A stretch of 64,000 bases of DNA from Desulfurococcales archaeon (GTDB lineage: Archaea > Thermoproteota > Thermoprotei_A > Sulfolobales > Desulfurococcaceae). Position 1 is the stretch's first letter; each line of letters opens with the position of its first letter. This document shows, piece after piece, positions 38,918 through 50,475 of the stretch. The translations under genes were made by a program, and so were the position numbers. The stretch spans positions 192,001 through 256,000 of the forward strand of contig JALVYU010000026.1 of the NCBI GenBank assembly GCA_027022365.1. The letters are read 5' to 3'. The notes beneath the pieces are model-generated. The model worked only from the letters and a program-made list of their open reading frames with translations, did not search any database and had not been told where the DNA came from.

Positions 38918-40327
38918 ATGGGGTCTATAGGGTTTATCAGGGATCCCGTATACAACTACATCGAGTATGATAAATCGCTTGAAAAACCAGTGATGGATAC
39001 CGCTCCCATGCAGAGACTAAGGCTTCTCCATCAGCTCCAACTATCCTATCTAGTATATCCAGGCGCTGAACATTCAAGATTTCAACACAGTATAGGCGTA
39101 ATGCACTTAGCGGGTCTTTTCGCTAAGAGCTTACTCCAGGGGATTAGCAAGGAATCTATCATAGAGGGCTATAAAGCCGTAGAACTCATCAAAGCAACAC
39201 GTATCGCAGGCCTCCTACATGATATAGGTCATGGGCCGTTCAGTCATGCCTTCGAGGAGGCGATCTATTGGACTTATGAACATAGCCTGAACATCAAGAA
39301 CCATGAAGAAGCAGGATACAATATAATAAAGAATACTGAGATCAAGTATATCCTTGAGGAGAATGGTCTGCTCGATATTGTTCTCCAACTATTATCTAAT
39401 AAGCAGCCCGAAGAACCCATACTTAAACTCTTAAGGAAGACTGTGAAAGAATGGATATATCCTGCCGATATACTCGATTTCCTCATACGTGATAGCTACT
39501 ATACAGGTACAAGAGAGTACGGACTAATAGACTATTACAGGCTTATAAGGCTCAGCCACGCCTCCCCCTTTGAACCGGGAAACATAGTTTTGGAGCTAAG
39601 GGCAAGAGGAGCACTAGCCTCTTATCTTAGATCCCGCATAGCAATGTTCGAAAACGTTTACTTCCACCCGGTAACACTTGTATTCAATAAGGCTGCGATA
39701 GAACTGCTAAGAATAACCGATGATATAAGTGGTGGTATATACAGAGAAGCAATTAACTCCCTCGGAAAAGGGGATCCAACAAAATATCTCTCCCTCAACG
39801 ATTATGAGGCGTTGAGACTAGCTTCAAACTATCGTGATAAGGATAAACGGATAAGTAGACTATATTCAAGCATAGTCAATAGGAAGCCTCTATGGAAGCT
39901 GTTGTACGAGGAAAAATACGTCTTATCACCGATCAATCTGAGGGGGCCAGTATCCATATTATTCAAAAGGAGAACTGCAATAGAATTCAGGGACAGGATA
40001 GAGAAAGCGGTGCGCGAGGAAATCATTGATAAAGGATTAAAGTATAAGGAAATGGAGGACTTCTGGGTAGCGATAAATACTCTTCGTCCCGTTCCACCAT
40101 TACCTGTTGGTAAGATAACATTCATTGATATCCCGAACAATATCACTAAATCAATTGATATACCTCATCTCCTCGACGAGGACGGCATATTGTTTAAACT
40201 ATTAATCAGAGTCTATGGCCCAGCCGATCTCAAGAAGTCGCCTGATAGGTTCAAATACGTAGAAGCTGTACGTGATGCTGTTAAAAAAGAACTTGAACCG
40301 AGCGCTTTGGGGGAAATAACCATGTAA
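38918..40327 (+). CDS. HD-domain dNTP triphosphohydrolase-like protein
   Basis: IRDPV, QRLR...Q, HSRFQHSIG, LLHDIGHGPFSH, DFLIRD, VYFHP. Confidence 0.85.
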   Translation: MGSIGFIRDPVYNYIEYDKSLEKPVMDTAPMQRLRLLHQLQLSYLVYPGAEHSRFQHSIGVMHLAGLFAKSLLQGISKESIIEGYKAVELIKATRIAGLLHDIGHGPFSHAFEEAIYWTYEHSLNIKNHEEAGYNIIKNTEIKYILEENGLLDIVLQLLSNKQPEEPILKLLRKTVKEWIYPADILDFLIRDSYYTGTREYGLIDYYRLIRLSHASPFEPGNIVLELRARGALASYLRSRIAMFENVYFHPVTLVFNKAAIELLRITDDISGGIYREAINSLGKGDPTKYLSLNDYEALRLASNYRDKDKRISRLYSSIVNRKPLWKLLYEEKYVLSPINLRGPVSILFKRRTAIEFRDRIEKAVREEIIDKGLKYKEMEDFWVAINTLRPVPPLPVGKITFIDIPNNITKSIDIPHLLDEDGILFKLLIRVYGPADLKKSPDRFKYVEAVRDAVKKELEPSALGEITM

Positions 40328-40354
40328 GAGCATAAATACTAATTACATCTTAAA

Positions 40355-40849
40355 TTACATCTTATAACCGATCTTTCTCAGGAACTCTTTTCGCTCTTTC
40401 TTATCCTCTTCGGTCTCAACACCAACTGGCGGATACCCATCCACTACTCCTATGATGGCTCTACCCTGATCAGTCTCGGCCACTATGACTTGTATAGGGT
40501 TAGCGGTAGCAACATATAGTTCTACGATTTCCTGAACGTTCTTCAGCTGATTCAAGATGTTTATCGGCCAAGCATTTCTAATGAAGAGCACAAAGGTATG
40601 CCCTGCACCGATCTTCAGAGCCGCCTCGATGGCTTTCTTGACGAGCTCCTCATCATTGCCCTCCCATCTCACGAGTCGTTTGCCACTCGCTTCGTTAAAC
40701 GCGAATCCGAACTTAATCCCAGGCACACTAGTTACTAGGGCCTCATATATGTCCTCAACGCTCTTAATAAAATGGGTTCGCCCAATAATTATGTTGGCTC
40801 CCTCTGGGATTGGTACGCTGATAACGTGGAGCTTCACATTGGCTGACAC
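40355..40849 (-). CDS. adenosine-specific kinase (DUF355)
   Basis: [24 protein letters not shown]. Confidence 0.85.
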   Translation of the reverse strand: MSANVKLHVISVPIPEGANIIIGRTHFIKSVEDIYEALVTSVPGIKFGFAFNEASGKRLVRWEGNDEELVKKAIEAALKIGAGHTFVLFIRNAWPINILNQLKNVQEIVELYVATANPIQVIVAETDQGRAIIGVVDGYPPVGVETEEDKKERKEFLRKIGYKM

Positions 40850-40949
40850 AGATGTTCACCCCCTCCTAAGCCTTACCGTTAAATATTAATGGGTGTTACC
40901 AACTAATATGCACTGACATAATTAGAACATATTCTCCTATCTAGGTGTA

Positions 40950-41588
40950 TTGGTTTTGGTTAAAGTTTTAGCAAAAACAGTATACTACGAGCCGAGAAAA
41001 ATAGGAAATGACACAGTAAGGATTACCCTACTTGAAAGAATAGAAGCTGAATGGAATGAACACAATCTTCGTAAGCACGAGAAACTAATAGATCGTATGT
41101 TAGTGCTAGCCCATAACAATGTCGTTAGACATATGAGTAGTGTAGGTGGAGAAAACAAGTATATTTTCTCAGAAGTCGAAGCCCCCGGTCTACGTGCAAT
41201 AGTTGGTGACGGCCAAATAAAGGACACGGAGACACTGTTGTTCCTTAAGCCGGAACCAGTAACACGCATTGTGATCCTCAAGAAGAATAAGGAGACAGAC
41301 ATGCTCGAAAAAATATTGGAGCTCAATATATCCAAAGAACTATGGTGCTATGAAACCAAATTAGAGTTCTTGAAAAACATGGAATGGGACGCCATACTCG
41401 TAGAATCTCCAGAGAGAAAAAGGATCATACTGAGAGAAGAGGCTAAGCTACCCCTACGTGAGAAAATCGTTGAGGAGTCAATGAAGCCTAGAACCCATAG
41501 AAAAACGAAGGCGAAGAAGAAAAAGACAAAATCCGACAAGAAGAAAAAGAGAAACAAGACAAAGAGAAAGAAAAGGCGTAGACGATGA
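40950..41588 (+). CDS. hypothetical protein with Lys/Arg-rich tail
   Basis: ORF overlapping the PNP start. Confidence 0.6.
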   Translation: MVLVKVLAKTVYYEPRKIGNDTVRITLLERIEAEWNEHNLRKHEKLIDRMLVLAHNNVVRHMSSVGGENKYIFSEVEAPGLRAIVGDGQIKDTETLLFLKPEPVTRIVILKKNKETDMLEKILELNISKELWCYETKLEFLKNMEWDAILVESPERKRIILREEAKLPLREKIVEESMKPRTHRKTKAKKKKTKSDKKKKRNKTKRKKRRRR

Positions 41589-42310
41589 GCGGCCCCCCAT
41601 TCCACATAAAAGCCAAGAAGGAGGATATAGCTGAAAACGTCATCGCCGTCGGTGATCCTGGAAGAGCCAAGATGCTAGCTGAGCTTCTTGACGATGCGAG
41701 ACTAGTTAATGAGCACAGAGGCTTCCTGATTTATACGGGTACCTACAAAGGCAAAGAAATAACTATAGCAACACACGGGATAGGATGCCCATCAGCCGCT
41801 ATCGTCTTCGAAGAACTAGGCATGCTCGGCGCGAAAAGAATTGTCAGGCTCGGAACAACAGGTGGCATGAAGCCCGAAATGGAAATCGGGGACGTCGTGG
41901 TTGCAACTGGCGCCGTATATCCGCCAGGCGGATGCGGTGTTGGAATGTATCTTGATGGACATTGCGGTCCGACAGCCCCTGACCCGGTGTTATCAACAAG
42001 GATCATGGATGAACTAGACAAGGAGGGCATTAAGTACTACTATGGCCCCGTATTTAGCAGCGATGCATTCTATGCTGAGGATCCGGGCTTTGCGAAGAAA
42101 TGGTCGGAGAAAGGCGTCATAGCAGTCGAGATGGAAGCAGCCATACTTTTCACACTTGGATGGATGAGGGGTTGGAGCACAGCAGCAGTACTTATAGTTA
42201 GTGATAACCTGTTGGCGGAAAAACAGTACCTGGCTACAAGCGAAGAACTACGTGCTAGAATCGAGAGAGTTGCAAAAACGATTATGAATGTCTATACTAA
42301 ATACTATTAA
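41585..42310 (+). CDS. purine nucleoside / MTA phosphorylase (PNP_UDP_1)
   Basis: GDPGRA, HGIG.PS, RLGTTG, SSDAFY, VEMEAA. Confidence 0.9.
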   Translation: MSGPPFHIKAKKEDIAENVIAVGDPGRAKMLAELLDDARLVNEHRGFLIYTGTYKGKEITIATHGIGCPSAAIVFEELGMLGAKRIVRLGTTGGMKPEMEIGDVVVATGAVYPPGGCGVGMYLDGHCGPTAPDPVLSTRIMDELDKEGIKYYYGPVFSSDAFYAEDPGFAKKWSEKGVIAVEMEAAILFTLGWMRGWSTAAVLIVSDNLLAEKQYLATSEELRARIERVAKTIMNVYTKYY

Positions 42311-42344
42311 ACACTTTGTTTTTCATATCTAAGATCCCGTATTA

Positions 42345-43793
42345 TTGGGGAGAAAAATGCTTCCTAAGATTAAGATATACAATACATTGTCAAGAGACTA
42401 TGAGGAATTCACGCCCATAAAACCGGGCATTGTCAAGATGTATGTATGTGGCCCGACAGTCTACGACTACAACCATATCGGTCACGGTAAACCCTATGTG
42501 ATATACGATGCTATGAAAAGATACTTTTCGCTCAGAGGCTATCATGTTGTCCATGTGATGAATATTACAGATATTGATGACAAGATCATCAGGAGAGCTC
42601 AGCGTGAAAATCGTTCATGGAGAGAGATTGCAGATCAGTATACAAAGGACTATCTTGAGAGCCTAGAGAAACTAAATGTACATGTGGATATACATCCTAG
42701 AGTAACTGATCACATTAAGGAAATAATTGATTTCATACAAGTGCTGATCGATAAGGGATATGCTTATGTTGCGCCCAGCGGGAGCGTGTACTTCGAAGTT
42801 GACAAATACCCCGATTACGGTAGGTTATCAGGTAGACTGGACCGTTCACTCTGGAATCAAGAACAAGAATTCCTCGGAGAAAAGAAGAAACCCTATGATT
42901 TTGCCCTCTGGAAAGCTGCTAAACCCGGAGAGCCCAGCTGGGAATCACCATGGGGAAGAGGAAGACCCGGATGGCACATAGAATGCAGTGTCATGAGCAC
43001 ACGTTATTTAGGCAAACAATTCGATATACATGGTGGAGGAACAGACCTAATATTCCCACATCATGAGAACGAGCGAGCCCAGAGCGAAGCAGCCCTAGGT
43101 GTAAAGCCCTGGGTTAAGTACTGGGTCCATGTGGGAATGGTTGAGATCTCCGGGGAAAAGATGAGCAAAAGTCTTGGAAACATAATAACGCTTAGAGAAG
43201 CCTTTAAGAAATGGGGCCCGGAGACCCTCAGGCTGTGGTATCTCACGGGACATTACCGTAAACCACTTATATTCACAGATGAAGCCTTGAACCAAGCATC
43301 CAAACTATACGAACGACTAGTTGCATCTATTCAGCTCGTAGAGAAGCTAAGCAGGGAAGCAATCGATATGCATCGTATGGATGAACAGGACATTGCATTG
43401 CTTAATGAGATCCTAGAAACACATACACGGTTCCACGAGGCACTGAGCAATGATTTCAACACGCCTGAGGCGTTGGCGGCGGTGAGAAAACTTACGAACA
43501 TAGTATTTAAGGAGCTCCAGTACAGGCCAAAATACATGCTTGTATGGACAACATATAGGTTATTCAAGGAATTCAATGTTGTTCTAGGGGTTCTCGACAA
43601 ATATTTCACAAAGACACCTGAAGAGCTCGAGACATTTGTGGAATCACTGATAAAAATCGTTGTTGATATTAGGTCAAGGCTTAGGCAGAAAAAAGAATAC
43701 GAGTTATCCGACTTCATACGAGAAGAACTCGCAAAAATAGGAGTTGTACTAATGGATCGAGGTAAGGAGACCAACTGGATGATTAAGCGATGA
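42345..43793 (+). CDS. cysS: cysteine--tRNA ligase
   Basis: [25 protein letters not shown]. Confidence 0.97.
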   Translation: MGRKMLPKIKIYNTLSRDYEEFTPIKPGIVKMYVCGPTVYDYNHIGHGKPYVIYDAMKRYFSLRGYHVVHVMNITDIDDKIIRRAQRENRSWREIADQYTKDYLESLEKLNVHVDIHPRVTDHIKEIIDFIQVLIDKGYAYVAPSGSVYFEVDKYPDYGRLSGRLDRSLWNQEQEFLGEKKKPYDFALWKAAKPGEPSWESPWGRGRPGWHIECSVMSTRYLGKQFDIHGGGTDLIFPHHENERAQSEAALGVKPWVKYWVHVGMVEISGEKMSKSLGNIITLREAFKKWGPETLRLWYLTGHYRKPLIFTDEALNQASKLYERLVASIQLVEKLSREAIDMHRMDEQDIALLNEILETHTRFHEALSNDFNTPEALAAVRKLTNIVFKELQYRPKYMLVWTTYRLFKEFNVVLGVLDKYFTKTPEELETFVESLIKIVVDIRSRLRQKKEYELSDFIREELAKIGVVLMDRGKETNWMIKR

Positions 43794-44491
43794 CAATATC
43801 GGCTAAACGTAAATAGAGGAGTAGCGAAAGAATAGCCCTTTCTTTTCTCGAAGAGCTAGGATACAGGATCATCGATACTCATGTCCGTATAAAACAGCAT
43901 GGTTTCGAAATAGCAGAAATAGATGCTATTGTCGATGATGAGAATGGGAATAGATATGCTGTTGAGATCAAGGCTGGAAGGATAGATGTTAATGGTGTCC
44001 GCCAGGCATATGTGAATGCGGTTGTTGCCGGATATAAACCACTAGTGGTGGCCAAGGGGTACGCGGATGACTCGGCACGAGAGCTTGCCGATAAACTTGG
44101 TGTTAAGGTGATACAGTTAAGTGATTATTTTCTAATTGAAGCGGAGGAGCTAGAGAACATAATAAGGGACACGATAACAAATACTTTGGCCGACTTCCTC
44201 ACGATCATAGCTGAAGATAAACAAATACCTCCCGGAGACCTAGTGCTTCTAGAGCAAATAGTGGCTTCTCCAACGATAAAGGATCTCTCGGAAAAACTTG
44301 ATCTGCATATACGTGATGTTGTGAAAGAAATAAAGAGATTACAGAACAAGGGCATAATTCCGAAGAATGCGAAGAGCTACGGAAAAGTCAGGCTCTATGC
44401 CGCTATGAGACTAACGGGTTATCACTTTGGGCTCTTGAAGAAACTCATATCTTCTTTGCACGAACAATGCACTCGGGGGGAACATACTTAG
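43790..44491 (+). pseudogene. RecB-like PD-(D/E)XK nuclease with in-frame TAG at codon 9
   Basis: ATG 43790 overlaps the cysS stop: [24 protein letters not shown]...EIDAIV...AVEIKAG, in frame with ORF 44012-44491; TAG at 43814-43816. Confidence 0.7.
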
Positions 44492-45098
44492 TCAGAAAAA
44501 TACGATCAGTTGCATAGAGCAACTCATAGCCATGTCTCTCAAGACACTTTGGGTTAATGATGAGAATAACTGGTTTACCATGCCTTCTTCCTGTATCGAT
44601 AGCTGTTTCTTCATCGATTGTTAGATGAACATATTGGCGCTTCATAGGCTTAATCCCCTCCTTCAAGATGCTCTTAATAGAAGACAGTGATGTTCCGTGA
44701 TATAGGGGTTTATCCCATTTTATCCTAGGATAATTAATGGATACTTTGAAGCTATGGCCATACCTAGCACGTATCATTCCGTTTTTCAGCTCAAATCTAC
44801 CCTTGGGATCAAGCCTCGCTATGGCAACTACATGCTCATAAGTGATCCATTGGTAAAACTCCCTGTTGTGCCAGCACTTCTTAATACCTCTGACGAGTTC
44901 ATCTATTTTTACCCATCCTTCACTATCGGGTTCTACACATGCTTCCCGCGGAAAATGTCTGAGGATACCGCTAATCAATTTGCTGAGCTTGACGCGCCTA
45001 GCAGGATCGATCAATAGTGTCCAGCCCCCAACACATTCATTATGGTTCTCAACATATCTGCCATCCGCGCACTTGTATATCGGCCTCAAGGACTTCAC
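44445..45098 (-). CDS. kptA: RNA 2'-phosphotransferase Tpt1/KptA
   Basis: LSK..SGILRH, KGRF, IRARYGHS, LYHGT, RQYVHLT. Confidence 0.9.
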   Translation of the reverse strand: MKSLRPIYKCADGRYVENHNECVGGWTLLIDPARRVKLSKLISGILRHFPREACVEPDSEGWVKIDELVRGIKKCWHNREFYQWITYEHVVAIARLDPKGRFELKNGMIRARYGHSFKVSINYPRIKWDKPLYHGTSLSSIKSILKEGIKPMKRQYVHLTIDEETAIDTGRRHGKPVILIINPKCLERHGYELLYATDRIFLTKYVPPECIVRAKKI

Positions 45099-45144
45099 CC
45101 TACGATACCATTATAATCCTAGAAAAGATATAGTGTTAGACCAA

Positions 45145-45226
45145 GCTATGAGGAACGCGCCGGAAGCTGGAGCCTCTCCGTAGGCCAGGGCGGGGAGGCC
45201 ATGAATGAACACTCTTTCTCTGAGCA
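45145..45226 (+). ncRNA. probable C/D box sRNA with an internal hairpin
   Basis: ATGAGGA 45148-45154, CTGG, hairpin 45173-45198, ATGAATGA, CTGA 45220-45223. D guide CACTCTTT complements 23S AAAGAGUG (recalled). Confidence 0.5.
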
Positions 45227-45255
45227 CTATCATGGTTGGAGAACCGCATATGGAT

Positions 45256-46245
45256 TTATAGATTATCAATGATGCCTAACAAATACTCGATAATCTTATC
45301 AGGTTTTGGTGGTGATATTTCTATTCTTAGTGACGCCTGCTTGTACCTATCAATATTATTGAGTACATCAAGTATTTTGGAAGCAATAGTCTCAGGATCA
45401 CTTGATGGACTATAAACTATTAGTCCCGTATCTTCGTATATCCATGCTAGACCCTGTTCTTTTGACGTTATAATCGGGCGTCTGCTACCTATAGCTCGTG
45501 CTACAATACTGGTAGAGGTGTGATCTATGTCCGTTACGATTACTGCTGTAACCCTTGGAATTACACTTTCAAGCGTATCGCTCATCACACATACTACACG
45601 TGGATCTATGTTGCAATTTTCTTTATTCTCCTTGGTGAGCCCGATTACTATAAGTGGGGTTATTTCGACTTCTCTTAATAGCTCGATCAATCTCTTAATG
45701 GTCTTATATTCGATTTTCTTGGACATTATCAATATCTTAGGAGGATCAACAGGTATCTCTCCTATGAACTTCTCTTTCTCCCACGAGTATATAGGGAGAT
45801 AGATATAATCAAACTTATCAAATATGAAGCCGAATAATAGCCTCTCTCTCGGGGTGGTGTAACCAATCATAATGTAGGTGCCGCGCGCTCTTAATCGGCT
45901 GAGGGCTAGATTGACTGCGGATAGCAGTGCGATATTCTTAGAGCTAATGTTATGGTGGGGATCGGGCGGTATTATAAGTAGTAGGAAGACAGGCTTCACT
46001 TTTGCAATTGACGATAGTATTACCGGGAGATGTCTGTCAATCCTAGAAATAATTACAATACGAGCATTTTCGGGAACAGACCTCAATACAAATAATTTCT
46101 CAATATAAGTTCTAAGATTCTTAAGCCGAATATCATGGAGAGAAACATACTCCGTCCTTGCCCCCATCTTCTCGAAAAGCTCGATGAATCTCTTATCAAA
46201 CTCCGGATCGTATCTGCTTATAACAAATATTTCCCTGCGCATCAT
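45256..46245 (-). CDS. GT-B glycosyltransferase-like protein
   Basis: C-terminal AI..RRPIITS...G...DPETIASKI pattern. Confidence 0.5.
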   Translation of the reverse strand: MMRREIFVISRYDPEFDKRFIELFEKMGARTEYVSLHDIRLKNLRTYIEKLFVLRSVPENARIVIISRIDRHLPVILSSIAKVKPVFLLLIIPPDPHHNISSKNIALLSAVNLALSRLRARGTYIMIGYTTPRERLLFGFIFDKFDYIYLPIYSWEKEKFIGEIPVDPPKILIMSKKIEYKTIKRLIELLREVEITPLIVIGLTKENKENCNIDPRVVCVMSDTLESVIPRVTAVIVTDIDHTSTSIVARAIGSRRPIITSKEQGLAWIYEDTGLIVYSPSSDPETIASKILDVLNNIDRYKQASLRIEISPPKPDKIIEYLLGIIDNL

Positions 46246-46306
46246 GCATCATCAAATTAACTAGGATGACTAGCCAGATAAATACTTGTAGGGAGATGAG
46301 CCGGTC

Positions 46307-47449
46307 TTGCCGAGCACATTTGATGAAATCATCGCCTTGAAGGAGGAGATTAGGGACAAGCTCAGCCATAAGCTCTCCAAGAAAGAAATACGTGAAGCCG
46401 TTCATGATCCTCATGCTCGTAGGAGGCCGAGGCCTTGCGGATTAACAGTTCATACAGGTATAGGTTGTCCTCTACGATGCGTGTATTGTTACATATATGA
46501 TATGGGGTTCCAGAGCAATGCCAGGCAATATCCCTTAAGCCCCGAGCAACTAGTATATGCATTAGCCTCTAACCCGTATTTCATACCGGGTAGAAACGGC
46601 ACATTAATAGCTATGGGCTCGGTGACCGAGCCTTTCCTACCACAGACAAAGGATCTCAGTATCGGATATATCGAGGCGATAACTAAGTATCTGGGCAACC
46701 CTATACAGTTTTCGACAAAAATCTATATCGATAAGCGAGACGCCCAGAGAATAGCCAGTATAGACCCCGATATAAGCCCGTTGATAACAATAGTTACTAT
46801 TAAACATAGAGCCGAACTAGAGCCATATGCCCCAATACCCGAGCTTAGGTTCAAGACCATAGAGAATCTCTCGGAAGCAGGTCTTAAACCGATTCTCTTT
46901 TACAGACCCATAATTCCCGGAATAGCTGAAGAAGAATATGAAGAAATACTTGCGAGGGCCAAGGCAACTGGAGCTATAGGCGTAGTTGCTGGAGGGCTGA
47001 GGGTCACAAAGAACATATTGTCTAGACTGTCAGAGAAAGGTGTTCCTGTCAAGGAAATTCTTCAACGAATAACAAGGCCTCTCCGCGGCAACGAGCAAGT
47101 CCCAGTCAGGGTATCCGATCTGAAGATGAAGATCAAGGATAAGGCCTTATCGCTGGGCCTCATCTTTTTCCCGCAGGCCTGTATGGCTAACATATATACG
47201 CATGGTATGTATTGCCTCCGTATGGTCATGGAAAGAATAGTTTCAGCCGGATTTAATTTACCATCCACTGCGGAAATAGAAAATATAGTTAAGAAAGCCG
47301 GTCTTACACCAACAAGAATACGTTTCACGCGCTACACACTAATTATAAGTGTTAAGGAACCATGCGATAAAGTTAGAAAGCTTCTGTTACAAGAATTTAT
47401 CAAATATAGGTATAAGATCTGCGTTTCTATAAAATGTGAGAAAACATGA
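46307..47449 (+). CDS. radical SAM protein
   Basis: GCPLRCVYCY; GSVTEPF. Confidence 0.8.
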   Translation: MPSTFDEIIALKEEIRDKLSHKLSKKEIREAVHDPHARRRPRPCGLTVHTGIGCPLRCVYCYIYDMGFQSNARQYPLSPEQLVYALASNPYFIPGRNGTLIAMGSVTEPFLPQTKDLSIGYIEAITKYLGNPIQFSTKIYIDKRDAQRIASIDPDISPLITIVTIKHRAELEPYAPIPELRFKTIENLSEAGLKPILFYRPIIPGIAEEEYEEILARAKATGAIGVVAGGLRVTKNILSRLSEKGVPVKEILQRITRPLRGNEQVPVRVSDLKMKIKDKALSLGLIFFPQACMANIYTHGMYCLRMVMERIVSAGFNLPSTAEIENIVKKAGLTPTRIRFTRYTLIISVKEPCDKVRKLLLQEFIKYRYKICVSIKCEKT

Positions 47450-47683
47450 TCACTTTGATCTTATCTTTGCAATAATTTCACTAGCGAGCTTTGCTAGGTC
47501 TTCCTCCGAAACTATATCTCTAACATGAGTCTTTGATACATACAGGTCTACCTTGCCCGACAGCTTATCTTTAACTCTGATAAGGTCTCCATCTTTTCGA
47601 TGATATATATCCAACAGCTCTACCTGCTCTTTAGACAATAGATCAGCTAGTATCTTGCTCGGCGTTTTCGGCATGTTGTCCAC
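47450..47683 (-). CDS. hypothetical protein
   Basis: ORF only. Confidence 0.55.
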   Translation of the reverse strand: MDNMPKTPSKILADLLSKEQVELLDIYHRKDGDLIRVKDKLSGKVDLYVSKTHVRDIVSEEDLAKLASEIIAKIRSK

Positions 47684-47776
47684 CTTCTAGCCTACATCTT
47701 GAAACTGGGATATTTTGAATCAAAAGTGTAGTTAAATACTTTATCTGTCAATCATTGTTCTCTTGAAAGGTGTTCA

Positions 47777-48208
47777 GTGATGATTAGAAAGTATCTACGA
47801 TGGGGCGACGGATACATTGTGTTTGAACTAAGAGATTCAGAGTATTTATTACTATTTTCAAACAACACAATATTGTTTAGGCCACGATTGGTATTTGTGG
47901 AGAAGAATGTAGCTGGAAATAGGATTGTTTACTCCAAGAAAAAGAGATATGTTTATGTTATCTTTTCGAAAAATCTTTTTCCCTATAGCGAGCTCGGAAA
48001 GAAAGCTATTGACGAATACATTGGTTATCAGATCGAAGTACGCTACACGAGACTAAAATATGGTAACTATCTAACCATAAATTTCCCAGGAGCTTATCTA
48101 TATGATCACGCCATATTAACCGATGAACAAATGTGTATAATAATATCGGCGAAGAGAAACGCTTATTTTGAGAGAGCAGATGACGGGCTCACCATCTATC
48201 TTGTTTAG
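47777..48208 (+). CDS. hypothetical protein
   Basis: ORF with RBS. Confidence 0.55.
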   Translation: MMIRKYLRWGDGYIVFELRDSEYLLLFSNNTILFRPRLVFVEKNVAGNRIVYSKKKRYVYVIFSKNLFPYSELGKKAIDEYIGYQIEVRYTRLKYGNYLTINFPGAYLYDHAILTDEQMCIIISAKRNAYFERADDGLTIYLV

Positions 48209-49011
48209 TCCGCATATTTTATCGTTGTGCCGATAAATTCCTCTCCTTTTATGGCTCTAATGGTGTTTTCAACATCAAATCCTGACACAATATGGATAGG
48301 AGCACCTATCCTACACGATAGATTATACATTTTAATTACCTTACCGACTATTCCACCAGTCGCATCTGTACTCGTATTTTTGGATATTTTATCGATCACG
48401 TCCTTGTAGTTATTCTTATTGATAATTCTGATGAGCTCGGCGTCATCGTATTTGGTAGGATCACGATTATACACTCCTTTAACATTGGTTAAAAGCACAA
48501 CACGCACGGGTCTGATATGTTTTGACAGCTCTAGGAAAACGTCTTCTGTGGATAGGACCCTAAACACTCTTGTTAGGGAGTGAATACACTCACCATATAC
48601 TACTGGTACAACATCGTTTCTTAGCGCGATCTTTATCGGTTCCGCGAACACTTCAAGGCCCTGTTCCCCCTCATATATTATAGCTGATGTTTGAAAAGAG
48701 ACAGCTGGAATACCGTTATTCACAAGATAATCAACAATTAAGTGATTAAGATCCCTTGTAGCCTCTTGGCATTTTACAAGCGTCGAAGTAGATCCTTCTT
48801 CGCTACATAGGACTATTGGATGGGCAAAACTGCCTCCACCATTGCCTAGCAGGATATCGTATTCATCGATTACTTCTCTGATTATCTTTGCAGAATTTTT
48901 GAGTGCATTGAAATTAATAGAGTAAAACTTATCCTTGTAGGTGATGAAGCTACCTCCAAGCTTAACAAATACTATGTCTTTACCAGTCTTCAAGACGTGG
49001 TCACCTATCAT
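48205..49011 (-). CDS. isopentenyl phosphate kinase (amino-acid kinase fold)
   Basis: VKLGGSFIT.K, GGGSFAH, DATGGI..K. Confidence 0.8.
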   Translation of the reverse strand: MIGDHVLKTGKDIVFVKLGGSFITYKDKFYSINFNALKNSAKIIREVIDEYDILLGNGGGSFAHPIVLCSEEGSTSTLVKCQEATRDLNHLIVDYLVNNGIPAVSFQTSAIIYEGEQGLEVFAEPIKIALRNDVVPVVYGECIHSLTRVFRVLSTEDVFLELSKHIRPVRVVLLTNVKGVYNRDPTKYDDAELIRIINKNNYKDVIDKISKNTSTDATGGIVGKVIKMYNLSCRIGAPIHIVSGFDVENTIRAIKGEEFIGTTIKYAD

Positions 49012-50475
49012 TACTATAATAAATTTTTATCAGTCATTAAAACTATAATGAAGAAATGGTGTGGACGTCTAGTGGTAGGTCGAAGGAATTATGTGAACGG
49101 GTTTAAAGACTTTATAGAACGCTTTTGGCATAAGCGGGGGATTTTCTTTCTTCTACTAGCTAACATATACATTTTCATCGTCGCTCCATACAACTGGAAT
49201 TACTACGATGTCAAATATTTTATTGAGTGGAGCAAAATTACAGTAACGCATGGATTATTCTCCGTATATGCATTAGCGGATAAAGTATCATATCCTCCTC
49301 TTGCTGTCGTCCTTTTTGTTCCTTTTTACTTGCTCGCAATTATGATCTCGTATAATCTCTTCGTTGTTAGGTTCGTGGTAAAACTTCCTTTGATTATAAT
49401 GTTTAATTTGATCTACTATGTTTTACTCAAATATTATGGCTGGAATACCGCCAAGTACTGGCTTATTAATTATGGCGCATATTCAACAATTTTTGGTTAT
49501 CAGTTCGATTTATACACGTCAATGTTTTTACTTTTAAGCCTTATAAGCATGGCACGATACAAAAACCCTGTATTAACGGGAGTGTTCCTTGCGCTTGCAA
49601 TACTTGTTAAGCCTCTCGTGGTTTTCGTTGGCTTTATTCCGCTGATCAAGTATTATATTGAACATAAAACAGGAGATCTAATACGCTATGTTGGTGCTGG
49701 TCTGATTACTGGATTAGCAATTGTGTTGCCGTTTATGATGTATAATCCTATTGATTTCCTTAGGAAAGTCGTGATGTTCCACAGCGATCGCCTACCTCAA
49801 GATCTGAGTATATGGGCTATACCATTGTATGTTTTGAGATATAACTACATGTTGCTCCCCTCATGGGAGATCTGGTTGTGGTTGCCAGTAATGATTACAG
49901 GAGTAACTGCTTATCTTTACGTCTTCTATAAAAGCAATGAAACCAATGAGTTATCCCTAGCAAAGGCATACGCAGCCATAATAATTGTATGCCTTATAAC
50001 CAATAAGGTCGGCAATCTAAACTATTTGACATGGGTTATCCCCTTCCTTGCAATATTATTATCCGAAGGGGCACTAGGTTCATGGGGTATGAAAGCACTA
50101 TATATATCCTTACCGATAGTCTCGATGCTATTATATCCGTTTACAATATTTGGTTCAGCTGCAGTAGTACATGGCCAAGTATTCATTGCTGAGGATAAGA
50201 AGTTCTATTCAGCTGTATGGTTGATCCAGGAATCTTTTCTTGGTTCGGAATCTATAGTTCATGAGATGATTTCAATCGGTAGGGCTTACCTCTACAGCTT
50301 TATGGCTATACTATATTATTACAGATGGGCTTCAAGTATCCTATACACAGTAATATACAACTCTATGTTAGCCGCGATTCTATACCGTATCTATGGGCTA
50401 AGAAGAATTGAGCTTGGCTTATCTCGTCATAAGAGGCCGTCTAAAATCCTACTTACAAGCTCTACAACACCCTGA
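48997..50475 (+). CDS. GT-C-type membrane glycosyltransferase-like protein
   Basis: DV.YF..W, YPPL, QFD, KP motifs; many TM helices. Confidence 0.65.
   Translation: MVTYHYYNKFLSVIKTIMKKWCGRLVVGRRNYVNGFKDFIERFWHKRGIFFLLLANIYIFIVAPYNWNYYDVKYFIEWSKITVTHGLFSVYALADKVSYPPLAVVLFVPFYLLAIMISYNLFVVRFVVKLPLIIMFNLIYYVLLKYYGWNTAKYWLINYGAYSTIFGYQFDLYTSMFLLLSLISMARYKNPVLTGVFLALAILVKPLVVFVGFIPLIKYYIEHKTGDLIRYVGAGLITGLAIVLPFMMYNPIDFLRKVVMFHSDRLPQDLSIWAIPLYVLRYNYMLLPSWEIWLWLPVMITGVTAYLYVFYKSNETNELSLAKAYAAIIIVCLITNKVGNLNYLTWVIPFLAILLSEGALGSWGMKALYISLPIVSMLLYPFTIFGSAAVVHGQVFIAEDKKFYSAVWLIQESFLGSESIVHEMISIGRAYLYSFMAILYYYRWASSILYTVIYNSMLAAILYRIYGLRRIELGLSRHKRPSKILLTSSTTP

Noticed and set aside
41488-41590. A-rich low-complexity tract
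   Set aside because: Simply encodes the Lys/Arg-rich protein tail.
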